Source of the DNA: Gammaproteobacteria bacterium
Lineage (GTDB): Bacteria; Pseudomonadota; Gammaproteobacteria; Eutrophobiales; Eutrophobiaceae
Length of the DNA stretch: 64,000 nt
Assembly (NCBI GenBank): GCA_965221695.1
Contig: OZ244905.1
Span: 2,560,001-2,624,000, forward strand
Reading direction: 5' to 3'
Part shown: positions 38,747 through 48,306 of the stretch, piece by piece
Position numbering within the stretch: the stretch's first letter is position 1
Layout: each line of letters starts with the position of its first letter
Program-made: the position numbers and the translations under genes
Notes under the pieces: model-generated
Told to the model about the DNA's origin: nothing
The model's input: the letters and a program-made list of their open reading frames with translations, nothing else
The model's database searches: none

Positions 38747-39490
38747 ATGGAGTTTATCACAGACCCATTCTTTTACCTGATCGCGGTTCCCGCCGTGCTG
38801 TTCGTCGGCATTGCAAAAGGAGGATTTGCCGGGACTCTTGGGGCGATAACCGTGCCCCTGATGTCATTCGCTGTCGACCCGTTCACGGCTGCGGCCATAC
38901 TGTTGCCGATCCTGTGCGTCATGGACATTCTTGCTGCCTGGAATTTTCGTCATGCTTTTGACGTCTCCCACCTGAAGGCGCTGATCCCGGGCAGTGTCAT
39001 CGGTATTGCGCTGGCATCGCTGCTGATGGGCAAGTTGACGGAAGACCATGTACGCATCATGGTCGGGGTCATCGCCGTCAGCTTCAGTCTGAACCATTGG
39101 CTGCGCCTGTCCGAGCGCGCAACCAAGCCGGGGAAGGCCAGCGCTTATTTCTGGGGCGGTGTTGCCGGGTTCACCAGCACCCAGGTGCATGCCGGTGGCC
39201 CGCCGCTGAGCGTCTACATGCTGTCCCAGCGCCTGGAGAAGAAAACCCTGATCGGCACCATGGTCATGTTTTTCTTCTTCATCAATTATGTGAAGCTGAT
39301 TCCCTACACCTACCTGGACCTGCTGACCCTGCGCAACCTGACGACTTCACTGATACTGATGCCGATCGCACCGTTGGGAATAAAACTGGGCTATTGGCTG
39401 CTGCATAAGCTTTCAGAGGAACTGGTATACAGGATCCTGTACCTGTCACTATTCGTCCTGGGGATCAAAATGATACTTGATGGGATATAA
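38747..39490 (+). CDS. TauE/SafE (TSUP) family membrane exporter
   Basis: GIAKGGFAG, AAAILLPIL, GFTST..HAGGPP, NYVKLIPY. Confidence 0.88.
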   Translation: MEFITDPFFYLIAVPAVLFVGIAKGGFAGTLGAITVPLMSFAVDPFTAAAILLPILCVMDILAAWNFRHAFDVSHLKALIPGSVIGIALASLLMGKLTEDHVRIMVGVIAVSFSLNHWLRLSERATKPGKASAYFWGGVAGFTSTQVHAGGPPLSVYMLSQRLEKKTLIGTMVMFFFFINYVKLIPYTYLDLLTLRNLTTSLILMPIAPLGIKLGYWLLHKLSEELVYRILYLSLFVLGIKMILDGI

Positions 39491-39701
39491 CGCCAGGTTT
39501 GCCTTTGCTGTTGGCACACTGTTGCGTAATCCCCGTGTCATGCTCCTGGCATTGGATGTCTGCGTCTCGCTTGTCGAAATCGGCAGGGCTTACTCTGGTG
39601 TTGCCGTTCAGCCTACATCCATCCTGGTTCATATTGCCGGTTGCATTTGCCTTTGCTGTCACCATCACAGCCAGTACCTTCCGGAAGTATCTCTGATATA
39701 G

Positions 39702-39755
39702 TTGACTGTAATAATACAGTCTGTTAAGCTGTATTACGTCGCTGTAATTTTACAG
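39702..39755 (+). promoter_or_regulatory. Promoter and twin operators of the Xre-RES operon
   Basis: TTGACT-N17-TAAGCT; palindromes ACTGTA-ATAA-TACAGT (39705-39720) and CTGTAA-TT-TTACAG (39742-39755). Confidence 0.65.
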
Positions 39756-39769
39756 TAATGGAGGTGTAT

Positions 39770-40171
39770 ATGATCGCTCAAGCCGAACAATTGCTGCAAC
39801 GTGGTTCCAGTGTAACCAGTTCCCTGCTGCCGGCGATTTTTAATATCTTCAGTCAGTGGAAACTGACCGGCGCCCAGCAAATGACCCTGTTGGGACTCAG
39901 CAACGAGAAAACGCTTTACAACTGGAAGGGTCAGCCGCAAAAAGCCAAGTTGACACGGGATTTGTTGGAGCGGGCCAGCTATATCCTGGGTATCTACAAG
40001 TCGCTGCAAATCCTGTTGCCCGATCAGGCTCAGGCCGATCAGTGGCTGTCTTCGCCCAATGACAATCCGCTCTTCAACGGCACAGCGCCGCTGGATCGGC
40101 TTCTGGCCGGTCATGTAGTAGACCTGGCCGTGGTCAGAGATTTCCTCAATGCGGAGCGGGGTGGCTGGTGA
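39770..40171 (+). CDS. Xre/MbcA/ParS-type antitoxin
   Basis: W.L...Q..LLG HTH, ERASYILGIYKSLQIL, W...PN..PLF.G..PLD. Confidence 0.88.
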   Translation: MIAQAEQLLQRGSSVTSSLLPAIFNIFSQWKLTGAQQMTLLGLSNEKTLYNWKGQPQKAKLTRDLLERASYILGIYKSLQILLPDQAQADQWLSSPNDNPLFNGTAPLDRLLAGHVVDLAVVRDFLNAERGGW

Positions 40172-40860
40172 TCAATGTGGAAGAGCTGCCCTACAGTGAA
40201 GTGAATGAACCAGTGTACCGGGTCATTCTTTCTCGCTACCCCCAGATAGATTTATTTGAACGTGTATCCAATCCGGAGGATTGGGATGTGCTCTATGCGG
40301 TGGAGTCTCTGACCAATCCCAGGTTGCGTGATGAGCTTGGGGATATTCGACTGGTACCACCGGAAGATCGGGTCTACGGAGATGGCGCATCCTGGATTAT
40401 GGCTGCTTTCACCCACCCGCCAGTGGACGGTCGTGGAGGACGGTTCAACCGCGACTTCGGTATCTATTACTGCGCGGCTGACGAGGCAGTAGCTATTGCT
40501 GAGTCTTCCTTTCATCGAGCCAGGTTTCTCCAGGATTCCCGAATTGAACAAACCACCCAGGAGATGCGCGTGTTACGCGCGCAACTGGGCGCGGCATCTT
40601 TACACGACTTGCGGGAACTGACCGGGCACGCGATTTATCATCCCGACGACTACGGAGAAGCACAGCAACTCGGCTATGCGTTACGAGATGCCAGGAGCTA
40701 TGGCGCTCACTACCAAAGCGTCAGAACCCGGGGAGAGTGTTACGGCGTGATGCGCCCCCGAGCGTTATCGGATGCTGTCCACTGGCGCTACTTGCGTTAC
40801 CACTACGATCAGGGGTCAATTATGGAAGTTGAATCTCTGGACGGGAGCGACAGAAGGTAA
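40168..40860 (+). CDS. RES-domain toxin (NAD+ phosphorylase/ART-like)
   Basis: YRVI..R, GGRF...FGIYY, AIAE, YQSVR; GTGA overlap with the antitoxin stop. Confidence 0.88.
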   Translation: MINVEELPYSEVNEPVYRVILSRYPQIDLFERVSNPEDWDVLYAVESLTNPRLRDELGDIRLVPPEDRVYGDGASWIMAAFTHPPVDGRGGRFNRDFGIYYCAADEAVAIAESSFHRARFLQDSRIEQTTQEMRVLRAQLGAASLHDLRELTGHAIYHPDDYGEAQQLGYALRDARSYGAHYQSVRTRGECYGVMRPRALSDAVHWRYLRYHYDQGSIMEVESLDGSDRR

Positions 40861-41029
40861 TGATCGTGCATAACGAACTTAGTCAGCCCGAGTGCCACCC
40901 AGATATACCGTCACGCCCTGTTGTAAAATCCGTGAGATATCCGGTTTAGGGGCGATATTTACATTCGGCTATACCGGCGCACTTCAAACTGGCCATATGA
41001 TAGCCTGGCCTCAAGCTCAAGTCCGGCCA

Positions 41030-41692
41030 TTACTCGCCTAGAACTTCCAATGCATAGGCAAGTGTGCCCTCGCCATCTACTCGCACTTGGTAATCCTCGA
41101 CGAAGATCTTGCCGGCAATCTTCATCTCCGAATCGACCACGAACACTCCAGGGTGAGGGATACCGTATGCGGCTTCCCCCGGTTCGTACCGCTCATTCAA
41201 GATGCCGAGCGTCTTAATGGTTACCGCATCAATATCCGAGAGGAGCGGATAGGTAATGGAGGCAGCATCAATGAACTCCTGTTGCAACGCCGGCGCATCG
41301 TAAGTGATCGCAACGATGCCGAGACCAGCCTCCTCGAAGTCTGCCGCATGTTCCTGCAACTGCACGAGTTGCCTTTTGCAGTAGGGTCACCAGTCCGCCG
41401 AGCGTACTGCGACGAAGACTCCCCCACGCTCGCCCATAAACTGATCGATACTGGTAATCTCCTGCCCCATATGGAGCGCCCGGATGGCCGGGAAGCGGAT
41501 GCCGGTAGAAAGGCCCGGACTGAAAGTGTCCGTATCTTCGGAAACGAACATGCCATCGGTAAGCGGGTCTTCAAGGAGTCCGACAACCTTGCCACCGAAC
41601 AGCTTAATCGGCGGGGCATCCAGGATGACCGCCGCAAAAGGCAGACCCAGAATGATCACGAGTATTGCAAAATTTTTAAGAATCTTGTTCAA
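41030..41692 (-). CDS. Membrane-anchored AhpC/TSA-type redoxin with in-frame UGA (probable selenocysteine, W-U-P-Y-C)
   Basis: Two track ORFs are one reading frame joined by TGA at 41387-41389, at the first position of the CxxC site; a hairpin follows; TTG start after GGAG. Confidence 0.8.
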
Positions 41693-41745
41693 GTTACACT
41701 CCAGCAAACCCAGCGCCGGCAAACATCTCTGCAACGGACAGGCGG

Positions 41746-42324
41746 CTACAGTGACAAAAGCCGTTCACATTCACGCACCCATTGCCACACATGTTGACTG
41801 TTTTCCAATTCGAACCCTCCCTCGTGCGCAATCCGAGTATAAGCAAGTAGTGCAATATCGGCAATGGTCAATTTGTCTCCAACCAGCCATTGGCGCCCTG
41901 CCAGGTGATTGTTCATATAACCCAGCGCTTGCTCACCGCGTTCCACCCGCCAGGGTTCGCGTGACCCGCTGGATTTTCCCTGGTAGTGCATATGAAAGCG
42001 GCAAACGGCGATATAGGGCTCATGGCTGTATTGTTCCCAGAACAGCCATTCGTCTACCTTCGCCTGAAGATAGGGATCTTCGGGTAGCAGCATGGTACCC
42101 TGGGCAAGATAGCGGATAATCGCATTGGACTGGGCCAGGCAAGCCCCATTGTCAAGTTGTATCACCGGTACCTGCCCCTGTGGATTTATCCGCAAAAACT
42201 CCGGGGTTCGACTTTCTCCCTGCATTATATCCACATCTTTCCACTCATACCCAAGTCCCAGGTAATCAGCAGTATATTTCACCTTGAGACAGTTACCGGA
42301 ATCGATATCGCCGTAAATTTTCAT
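41746..42324 (-). CDS. Glutathione S-transferase
   Basis: SGNCLKV, INPQGQVP, QSNAI, TIADIAL; start at MKIYGD. Confidence 0.9.
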   Translation of the reverse strand: MKIYGDIDSGNCLKVKYTADYLGLGYEWKDVDIMQGESRTPEFLRINPQGQVPVIQLDNGACLAQSNAIIRYLAQGTMLLPEDPYLQAKVDEWLFWEQYSHEPYIAVCRFHMHYQGKSSGSREPWRVERGEQALGYMNNHLAGRQWLVGDKLTIADIALLAYTRIAHEGGFELENSQHVWQWVRECERLLSL

Positions 42325-42676
42325 CCGGATCGTGCAAGGCAAGAAAATGCCTGGTATACCGGGGCCCGGTTGCCGAGGTGAAGCTGGGCGACCGGGCACA
42401 GCGGCACGGCCTCCGGAAGGGCTTCGGCATGTTCCATGATGCGCTGGGAAAGACTGCGTCTGCTTCGCATCTCAAACTCAACGTGTCGGAAATTCAATGA
42501 TTAGAATACTACGAAACAACATCAGAGCAAAACGACCCTGGCCGTTGAACAGTATGCGATTATCCCGTCTTGCTCCATAAGTTCATCCCTAAACTACATT
42601 AACCCAGCGCAGTTCTGGTAGACTATGGCGCTGCAAATTACGTTAGCCAAATTTTCTATTTGCTGTGTAAATTTAA

Positions 42677-42827
42677 GGAAACTCTGAACAAGTCCATCCT
42701 GGACTTGTCAGAGTACGGAAAACAAAAATGCAATTTTTGTTTTCCTCACAAAATCAATGCCTTACAGTCATTGATTTTGACGATACATCCTTGTATCGTA
42801 GGAACCTCTGACTTAATCAGAGGTTCC
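42677..42827. mobile_element. 151-bp MITE copy 2 (inverted)
   Basis: Reverse complement of 38423-38573 with three substitutions; TTAA on both sides. Confidence 0.85.
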
Positions 42828-42830
42828 TTA

Positions 42831-43005
42831 ACTAACTGACCTGCGCCCCATACCATTCCCGCGCAAGCGGGAATCCAGTGAGACAAAGGGTCGCCCTTCG
42901 GGCGACACAGTATTGGACTGGACTCTCGTTTTCGCGGGAGTGGTTCAGTAGCAAGGAGACACAGTGTTTGACTGGCCTCTCGCTGTTGCGGGAGTGGTAC
43001 GGGGG
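42831..43005. repeat. REP family A full element plus an extra arm
   Basis: Collinear with 28291-28408, followed by a further ACTGGCCTCTCGCTGTTGCGGGAGTGGTAC arm. Confidence 0.85.
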
Positions 43006-43119
43006 AATGTTCTAGTTTGTGCCAAGATTTACATGCGTGTGCAGAGATCTGATTATGAAGGTTTATGCAAGACAAAACGGGGCGTTAATGGTGGCTCCTG
43101 ATAACTCTAAGGGCTTTTC

Positions 43120-44322
43120 ATGAGAATCATCTGGCTGGTTAATCTTGCCATCTTGTTTGCCTTCATCAAGGTATTTGAAATACCTTCGATGATTCCGGTC
43201 TTTGTTGACGAATTACAAATCAGTTATGCCCAGGCTGGCTTATTCATGACGGCTTATACCGTGGTCAGGTGTCTGGCCAGCTTGCCGGCCGGCTCAGTGA
43301 CGGACAAACTGGGCGCCGCGCCGGTTATCTCCGTTTGTCTTCTTTGTGTTGGGCTGCTGGGTATCCTGGGTACATTCGGCAATAACTATCATGTTTTACT
43401 GACGCTGCGAGTATTGGTTTCCATCGGCATCGCAATTATATTTATCGCCGCGGTCGATGCCATTCCGAAATACATGCCCCCGGAACAGGTAGGCAAGGGC
43501 ATTGGTTATATAAACGGTTCGCTTAACGTTGGCATTGCCCTGGCGTTGTTCATGACGCCGATACTCGCTGATTCTTTGGGCTGGCGCTGGACGGCGCGTA
43601 TCTATTCGGTGTCTTTACTGCTTCTCTTCGCAGCATCCATCCCGATATTGAGAAGCCTGCCGCAAACAGCCAAGCCGGACAAAACCGCCGGCAATGAAGG
43701 CGCTGTCACCATGACCGACCTGTTACGCAATCCCTCGGTCATGCTACTGGCGTTCGGCGCTTGTATCCTGTTTGTTGAGCTCTACGGGACGCTGACCTGG
43801 GTTCCCGTATATCTGGACGAAGTTTATAATTATTCTCCTGCTGAAATCGGGGTTGGCGCTACCATGTTCGGTATCGCGGCAATCCCGGCGTCTATAATTA
43901 CCGGTTTTCTCTGCGCAAACCTGCGCCGGATAGTACTGTTATGCGTCTCGGGAGGAGTCCTGGCCTGCGCCGGCATTCTCATCCTGATGAGCGCATCGGT
44001 CCTGCCGTTGTGGCTGACTGTCATGGTCATTACCATGATCGCCTGGGGACATTCTCAGGTCATTGTAACCATCATGAGCATCGCTGCGATGATCGCGCCG
44101 TCAAACAGTTCAGGCAAAGCGCTGGGTCTGATATTCACATTCGGTTACGCCGGTTCGATACTGGGGAGTTATTCAGGCGGTTACCTGCTGGAAAGAACGG
44201 GCGATTATGATGCGTCATTTATTCTCTTTGCTGTTTCTGCCAGCGCCAGTATCATCGCGGTACTGGCCGTCAGCAGAATATTGCATAAACGGCCGCCGGC
44301 GCATTTTAAACTGAGGATGTGA
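43120..44322 (+). CDS. MFS transporter
   Basis: About 12 hydrophobic segments, GSVTDKLG motif-A variant, LGWRW. Confidence 0.85.
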   Translation: MRIIWLVNLAILFAFIKVFEIPSMIPVFVDELQISYAQAGLFMTAYTVVRCLASLPAGSVTDKLGAAPVISVCLLCVGLLGILGTFGNNYHVLLTLRVLVSIGIAIIFIAAVDAIPKYMPPEQVGKGIGYINGSLNVGIALALFMTPILADSLGWRWTARIYSVSLLLLFAASIPILRSLPQTAKPDKTAGNEGAVTMTDLLRNPSVMLLAFGACILFVELYGTLTWVPVYLDEVYNYSPAEIGVGATMFGIAAIPASIITGFLCANLRRIVLLCVSGGVLACAGILILMSASVLPLWLTVMVITMIAWGHSQVIVTIMSIAAMIAPSNSSGKALGLIFTFGYAGSILGSYSGGYLLERTGDYDASFILFAVSASASIIAVLAVSRILHKRPPAHFKLRM

Positions 44323-45128
44323 AAGTTATGGATGTTCCCAAACCGCGTAATTATTACACGCAACCGCAGTTTATTGACGTGAATGGCCTGAGCACAGCCT
44401 ACCGGCGCAAAGGCAACGGCGAGCCGACGCTATTCCTGCATGGGGCGGGCTTGACACGCAGGTGGTTGCCCATGTACGAGCGCCTCTCGGAGGCGGTTGA
44501 TTTTATCGCGCCGGAACATCCGGGCTTCGGAGAAACGCCCCGTCCGGACTGGTTGCGGAGTTTCAACGATCTTGTCATTCACTATGATCAATTCCTGGCT
44601 CAACTGGACATCACTGATTTCCACCTGATCGGCTGGTCGCTGGGCGGCTGGACCGCGGCCGAATTCGCATCCTATTATCCACGCCGTTTGAAATCCATGA
44701 CTTTGATCGTTCCCATCGGACTGCGCCTGGTTGACAATCCCGGTGTGGACTATTTCAAACTGCTGCCGGAGGAATCTGCTGAACTGGTGTTCAACGACAA
44801 GACGGCGCTGGAAGCGGTTGCCCCGGACCCGGACGATTTCGATGAACTCTGTCAGGCTCATTATGAAGCTTCCACCTTCGCTAAGCTGGTCTGGTCGCCG
44901 CGTTACAACCTGGCGCTGGAACATCGGCTGCAAAGGATCGGGTTTCCGACCCTGCTGGTCAAGGCCGAGGATGACCGGCTGGTTCCAGGCGAGATGGCCG
45001 ACCGGTTTGCTGAAATCATACCGGGCGCAAAAACTGTCAGCATCCCGGAAACAGGGCATGCGTTGTGTGTTGAACGTCCCGATGAAACCGCAGCGGCGAT
45101 ATTGGAGTTCATTGAGGAGAACAGATGA
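44319..45128 (+). CDS. Alpha/beta-fold hydrolase
   Basis: FLHGAG, HPGFG, GWSLGG, DDRLVP, TGH. Confidence 0.88.
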   Translation: MKVMDVPKPRNYYTQPQFIDVNGLSTAYRRKGNGEPTLFLHGAGLTRRWLPMYERLSEAVDFIAPEHPGFGETPRPDWLRSFNDLVIHYDQFLAQLDITDFHLIGWSLGGWTAAEFASYYPRRLKSMTLIVPIGLRLVDNPGVDYFKLLPEESAELVFNDKTALEAVAPDPDDFDELCQAHYEASTFAKLVWSPRYNLALEHRLQRIGFPTLLVKAEDDRLVPGEMADRFAEIIPGAKTVSIPETGHALCVERPDETAAAILEFIEENR

Positions 45129-46483
45129 TGAACAAGCTGAAATTCTATTTTTTCCACCTGATGCCCTACGGTTATGTGCCCAGGTCCAGCGAATTTGATT
45201 CGTCCTGGGTGACACTGTCCAACGAATATTACGACCCCACACGCGGCCACCAGCTCTATAACGAGTACATTGATCTCCTGGTGGCAGCGGAAAAATACGG
45301 TTACGACGGCGCCATCGTCAATGAACACCACGCCAACGCCTATGGCACCATGCCGTCTCCCAACCTGATCGCGGCCATGGTGGTTGCCCGGACGCAGCGC
45401 ATGCCTGTCGGTATCGTCGGCAACGCCATTCCGCTGCATGGCAACCCGGTGCGGGTTGCAGAGGAGATTGCCATGCTGGACGTGATCTCCGGCGGCCGTA
45501 TCATCTCCGGCTTCGTGCGCGGCATCGGTTGTGAATACTTCAACAATCCCGTGTCGCCCACGGATTCCGTGGAAAGGTTCTGGGAGGCCAATGAACTGAT
45601 CCTCAAAGCCTGGACTGAACCTGGACCGTTTACCTGGCAGGGCAAGCATTATTACATCCCCAATGTCAATTTGTGGCCGCGTCCCATCCAGAAACCCCAT
45701 CCGCCGGTGTGGCTGCCGGGCATGGGTTCGCTGGAGACACTGCGTGAGTGCGCCAGGAACCGGTACACCTATATGATGATCTTCGCGCCCACCTGGATGT
45801 GCAAGTGGGCCTTCGACAAGTTGAAGGAGGAGGCAGAGCTCTGCGGTTATGAGTTGCCGAAAGACCAGTGCATGGCGGCTATCCCCACCTATGTCGCCGA
45901 AACAGATCGGCAGGCGCACCGGGAAGCCAAGGCCCATATGCAGTGGCTGTTCAATACCGGCCTGAAGATAAAGTCCAGCCATTATTTCCCGCCCGGCTAC
46001 ATGAGTGATCGGTCTTTCCGCGGCTATTGGTCTGCCGTGCGTGATAAAGGCGCCAAAGCGCCAAAAGACCTGAGCTACGACGACCTGATCAAGCAAGGAT
46101 ATATTATCGTTGGTTCGCCACAGACGGTGGCTGAAGGTTATGCGGAATACTGCGATGAACTCGGCGCCGGCGGCGTGCTCTGCGCTGGTTCGCCTTCCGG
46201 TCCCATGCCGAATTGGATGGCTGTAAAAAACATGCAGATGTTCGCTGAGGAAGTCATCCCCTTGTTCCGCGAGGCTGACGGCAAACCGGATTACTTGAGA
46301 GAAGAACCAAACATCGGCGCCACCAACGCCGAGCGCTCCGCGCAACTGGGCGAACCCGGGAATCCGCCCACAGCGCCGATCCAGGGCATGGACAATATCG
46401 CCGACCTGCGAACCATCCATCTGCCGGAAATGATCGACGCCTCGCTTTATGAGGGAGTCACCAAGGAACTGATGGAGGACTGA
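45125..46483 (+). CDS. Luciferase-like (LLM) flavin-dependent monooxygenase
   Basis: NEHH, PVRVAEEIAMLDVISGGR...GFVRG, PRPIQKPHPPVW. Confidence 0.9.
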   Translation: MMNKLKFYFFHLMPYGYVPRSSEFDSSWVTLSNEYYDPTRGHQLYNEYIDLLVAAEKYGYDGAIVNEHHANAYGTMPSPNLIAAMVVARTQRMPVGIVGNAIPLHGNPVRVAEEIAMLDVISGGRIISGFVRGIGCEYFNNPVSPTDSVERFWEANELILKAWTEPGPFTWQGKHYYIPNVNLWPRPIQKPHPPVWLPGMGSLETLRECARNRYTYMMIFAPTWMCKWAFDKLKEEAELCGYELPKDQCMAAIPTYVAETDRQAHREAKAHMQWLFNTGLKIKSSHYFPPGYMSDRSFRGYWSAVRDKGAKAPKDLSYDDLIKQGYIIVGSPQTVAEGYAEYCDELGAGGVLCAGSPSGPMPNWMAVKNMQMFAEEVIPLFREADGKPDYLREEPNIGATNAERSAQLGEPGNPPTAPIQGMDNIADLRTIHLPEMIDASLYEGVTKELMED

Positions 46484-46614
46484 CCCAGAGATCTCACCGG
46501 GCGATGCGATGATTGCGCCGGGTTTTTTGATGCGTCTATCCTTGGGGCGCCAGCTCCGGGTATCCTTCAGATATCCAAATCCACTCCAGGCGGGCTTGCG
46601 AGATATCCGGGTTA
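46481..46614. repeat. Degenerate inverted-repeat element (family C) between convergent stop codons
   Basis: TGACCCAGAGATCTCAC ... GCGAGATATCCGGGTTA; related ends at 6134, 40932, 48307 and 53826. Confidence 0.5.
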
Positions 46615-47007
46615 AGCTCTAACTCCGTTGTAAAACCAGAACTCCATCTCCACCGCGGCGTTGAGCGGCAACGCGGTAACGCCGACGGCAGTGCGGGCGG
46701 GCAAGCGCATGTCAGCGCTGATAACGGTTTCCCAAGCCTTGTTGATATCCGGGAACCGGTCCATTTGCGTTGTGAAGATGGTGACGCTCAACAGGTCATC
46801 GAGGGACAAGCTGAAATCGGGCAGGGCTTCCAGCAGGTTGCTGAGGATCCTGGCGGTTTCTGCGCCGGCGCCGCCGGGTTCCAGTTCGCCGGTTTCCATA
46901 TTAAGGGCGATCATGCCGGCGGTTTTGTAGAATGGCCCGGCCTTGACTAACGGGCTGTAACGAAACCTGGGAGCGGGCAGATTTTTTGAACTTAGAGCTT
47001 CAATCAT
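46612..47007 (-). CDS. RidA/YjgF family protein
   Basis: YSPLVKAG, IN..W, PARTAVGV..LP....VEME. Confidence 0.88.
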   Translation of the reverse strand: MIEALSSKNLPAPRFRYSPLVKAGPFYKTAGMIALNMETGELEPGGAGAETARILSNLLEALPDFSLSLDDLLSVTIFTTQMDRFPDINKAWETVISADMRLPARTAVGVTALPLNAAVEMEFWFYNGVRA

Positions 47008-47010
47008 GGA

Positions 47011-48069
47011 TTATGATCCTCGTGCTTGCATGTCTTTGGGGATTACGTGACCGTCCTTGACGATGATGTCGTTGTCCAGCCACAAAGAGCAGTTCTTCAT
47101 GGGCAGGTCGAGGTGGCAGGCGGTATCGTTGTCGCCGCCGAACTCGGTGTTGGGACCGGTGGAAAACAGGACATTGCCGTAATAGGCCCGCCCGTCCATA
47201 CATATCCCAGGCAGGGTCACATCCCACACTGCGTCCTCATTCAGACCCCAGCCTATGTGCGAGACGGCATAGGCGCGAGGGTCGTCAAAGCTTTCCATGT
47301 GCTCAGCCAGCCGCCAGGCATCCGCGCCGCCGTCAATGCCGGTGATGTAACCGTCCTTGATACTGAACGCAATAGGCGTTTCCACTATCACCTTTTGAGG
47401 CAGGATCAAGTCGCCGGCGTCCATGACTACCCGGCCTTCGACGCCGGTCACCGTGCCGGTGGATGCGAGAAAACCGCTGGGCCAGTGGTCCCAGCGTCCC
47501 GGGATGTCGGTATAACCGTACTCGGTCAGTATGCACCGGGGCGGCGGCCCGTCCAGGCGTTCCAGTTCATAGATGACATCAGTCCCTGCCCGATTGGTAA
47601 AGCGCAAAGTTCGCGCGGCCCGTATGCGCCGTTCCCCGGCTTCCACCCGGCGGCGTATGGCCTCCGTGGGAAACAGGCGTTTCAATATCTCGAAAGGTTC
47701 GACTACCAGCAATATGCGCGTGCCGGCGCGTTGTATCTCTATCTGCTCGGTCGAAAACAGCAGGAAGACCAGATCGATAACCAGGTCCGCTTCTTTCAGA
47801 GTTGCCAGGGCCGCGCTGTTATTTTTCAGCGAATTGCCGCCCAGATCGCCCAGGTAAGCGTCTGCGCCTGCCGTATTTGCGGAGGCGAGATGGACATGGG
47901 TTGTCACTGCGCCCAGGTTGTCGCCGGCGCGTAGGAATGCTTCGGCGTAATCCTGCAGGTTGTCGTTTTCCGAGAGCACGGCGAGCTTCTGACTCGAATC
48001 CAGCTTGCAAAGCCGCAAAGCTGCCTCGAACAAGTCGATCATTTCCAGCCTGTCTGCCTGCTTGCCCAT
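47011..48069 (-). CDS. nicX: 2,5-Dihydroxypyridine 5,6-dioxygenase-like protein
   Basis: EYGYTD.PGRWDHWPSG, SHIGWGLN, MDGRAYYGN.LFSTGPN.E.GG, CHLDLP match the NicX family. Confidence 0.8.
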   Translation of the reverse strand: MGKQADRLEMIDLFEAALRLCKLDSSQKLAVLSENDNLQDYAEAFLRAGDNLGAVTTHVHLASANTAGADAYLGDLGGNSLKNNSAALATLKEADLVIDLVFLLFSTEQIEIQRAGTRILLVVEPFEILKRLFPTEAIRRRVEAGERRIRAARTLRFTNRAGTDVIYELERLDGPPPRCILTEYGYTDIPGRWDHWPSGFLASTGTVTGVEGRVVMDAGDLILPQKVIVETPIAFSIKDGYITGIDGGADAWRLAEHMESFDDPRAYAVSHIGWGLNEDAVWDVTLPGICMDGRAYYGNVLFSTGPNTEFGGDNDTACHLDLPMKNCSLWLDNDIIVKDGHVIPKDMQARGS

Positions 48070-48095
48070 AACGATACTCCGTGCCGTTCAGCCTG

Positions 48096-48290
48096 TTACC
48101 GCCGGCGCCGGACGGGCGGTCTCCCGTAAGGACTGAAATGATGCTCGGTCAGCCAGACCGTGTTATACCCCAACGCCTCGGCAAAACTGATCTGCTCGGC
48201 GATATGTTCATACGGTTCCGGCATTCCGTCCATCACCTGTGGAGCCAGTATCAGGCTGAACTTCACGTTAGTTTCCTCACTGTCGAGCAT
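48096..48290 (-). pseudogene. N-terminal fragment of an LLM monooxygenase
   Basis: KFSL...AEALGYNTVWLTEHHFSPYG, then ends at about 60 aa. Confidence 0.75.
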
Positions 48291-48306
48291 CCCATATGAT
48301 AGCGCT

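Noticed and set aside
39705-39755. LexA SOS boxes
   Set aside because: Spacing is CTGT-N6-ACAG, not N8; better explained as antitoxin operators.
41030-41734. Two separate small genes or a pseudogene
   Set aside because: Same frame, a single UGA at the catalytic position and a downstream hairpin; Sec readthrough is more parsimonious.
28271-43005. CRISPR array or integron attC sites
   Set aside because: Repeats are dispersed without regular unique spacers; no cas genes or integron integrase; no consistent RYYYAAC/GTTRRRY ends.
44903-46420. Long antisense ORFs (505 aa here; also 4178-5260, 1672-2598, 47026-47934)
   Set aside because: Shadow frames of well-supported genes in GC-rich DNA, with no recognisable motifs.
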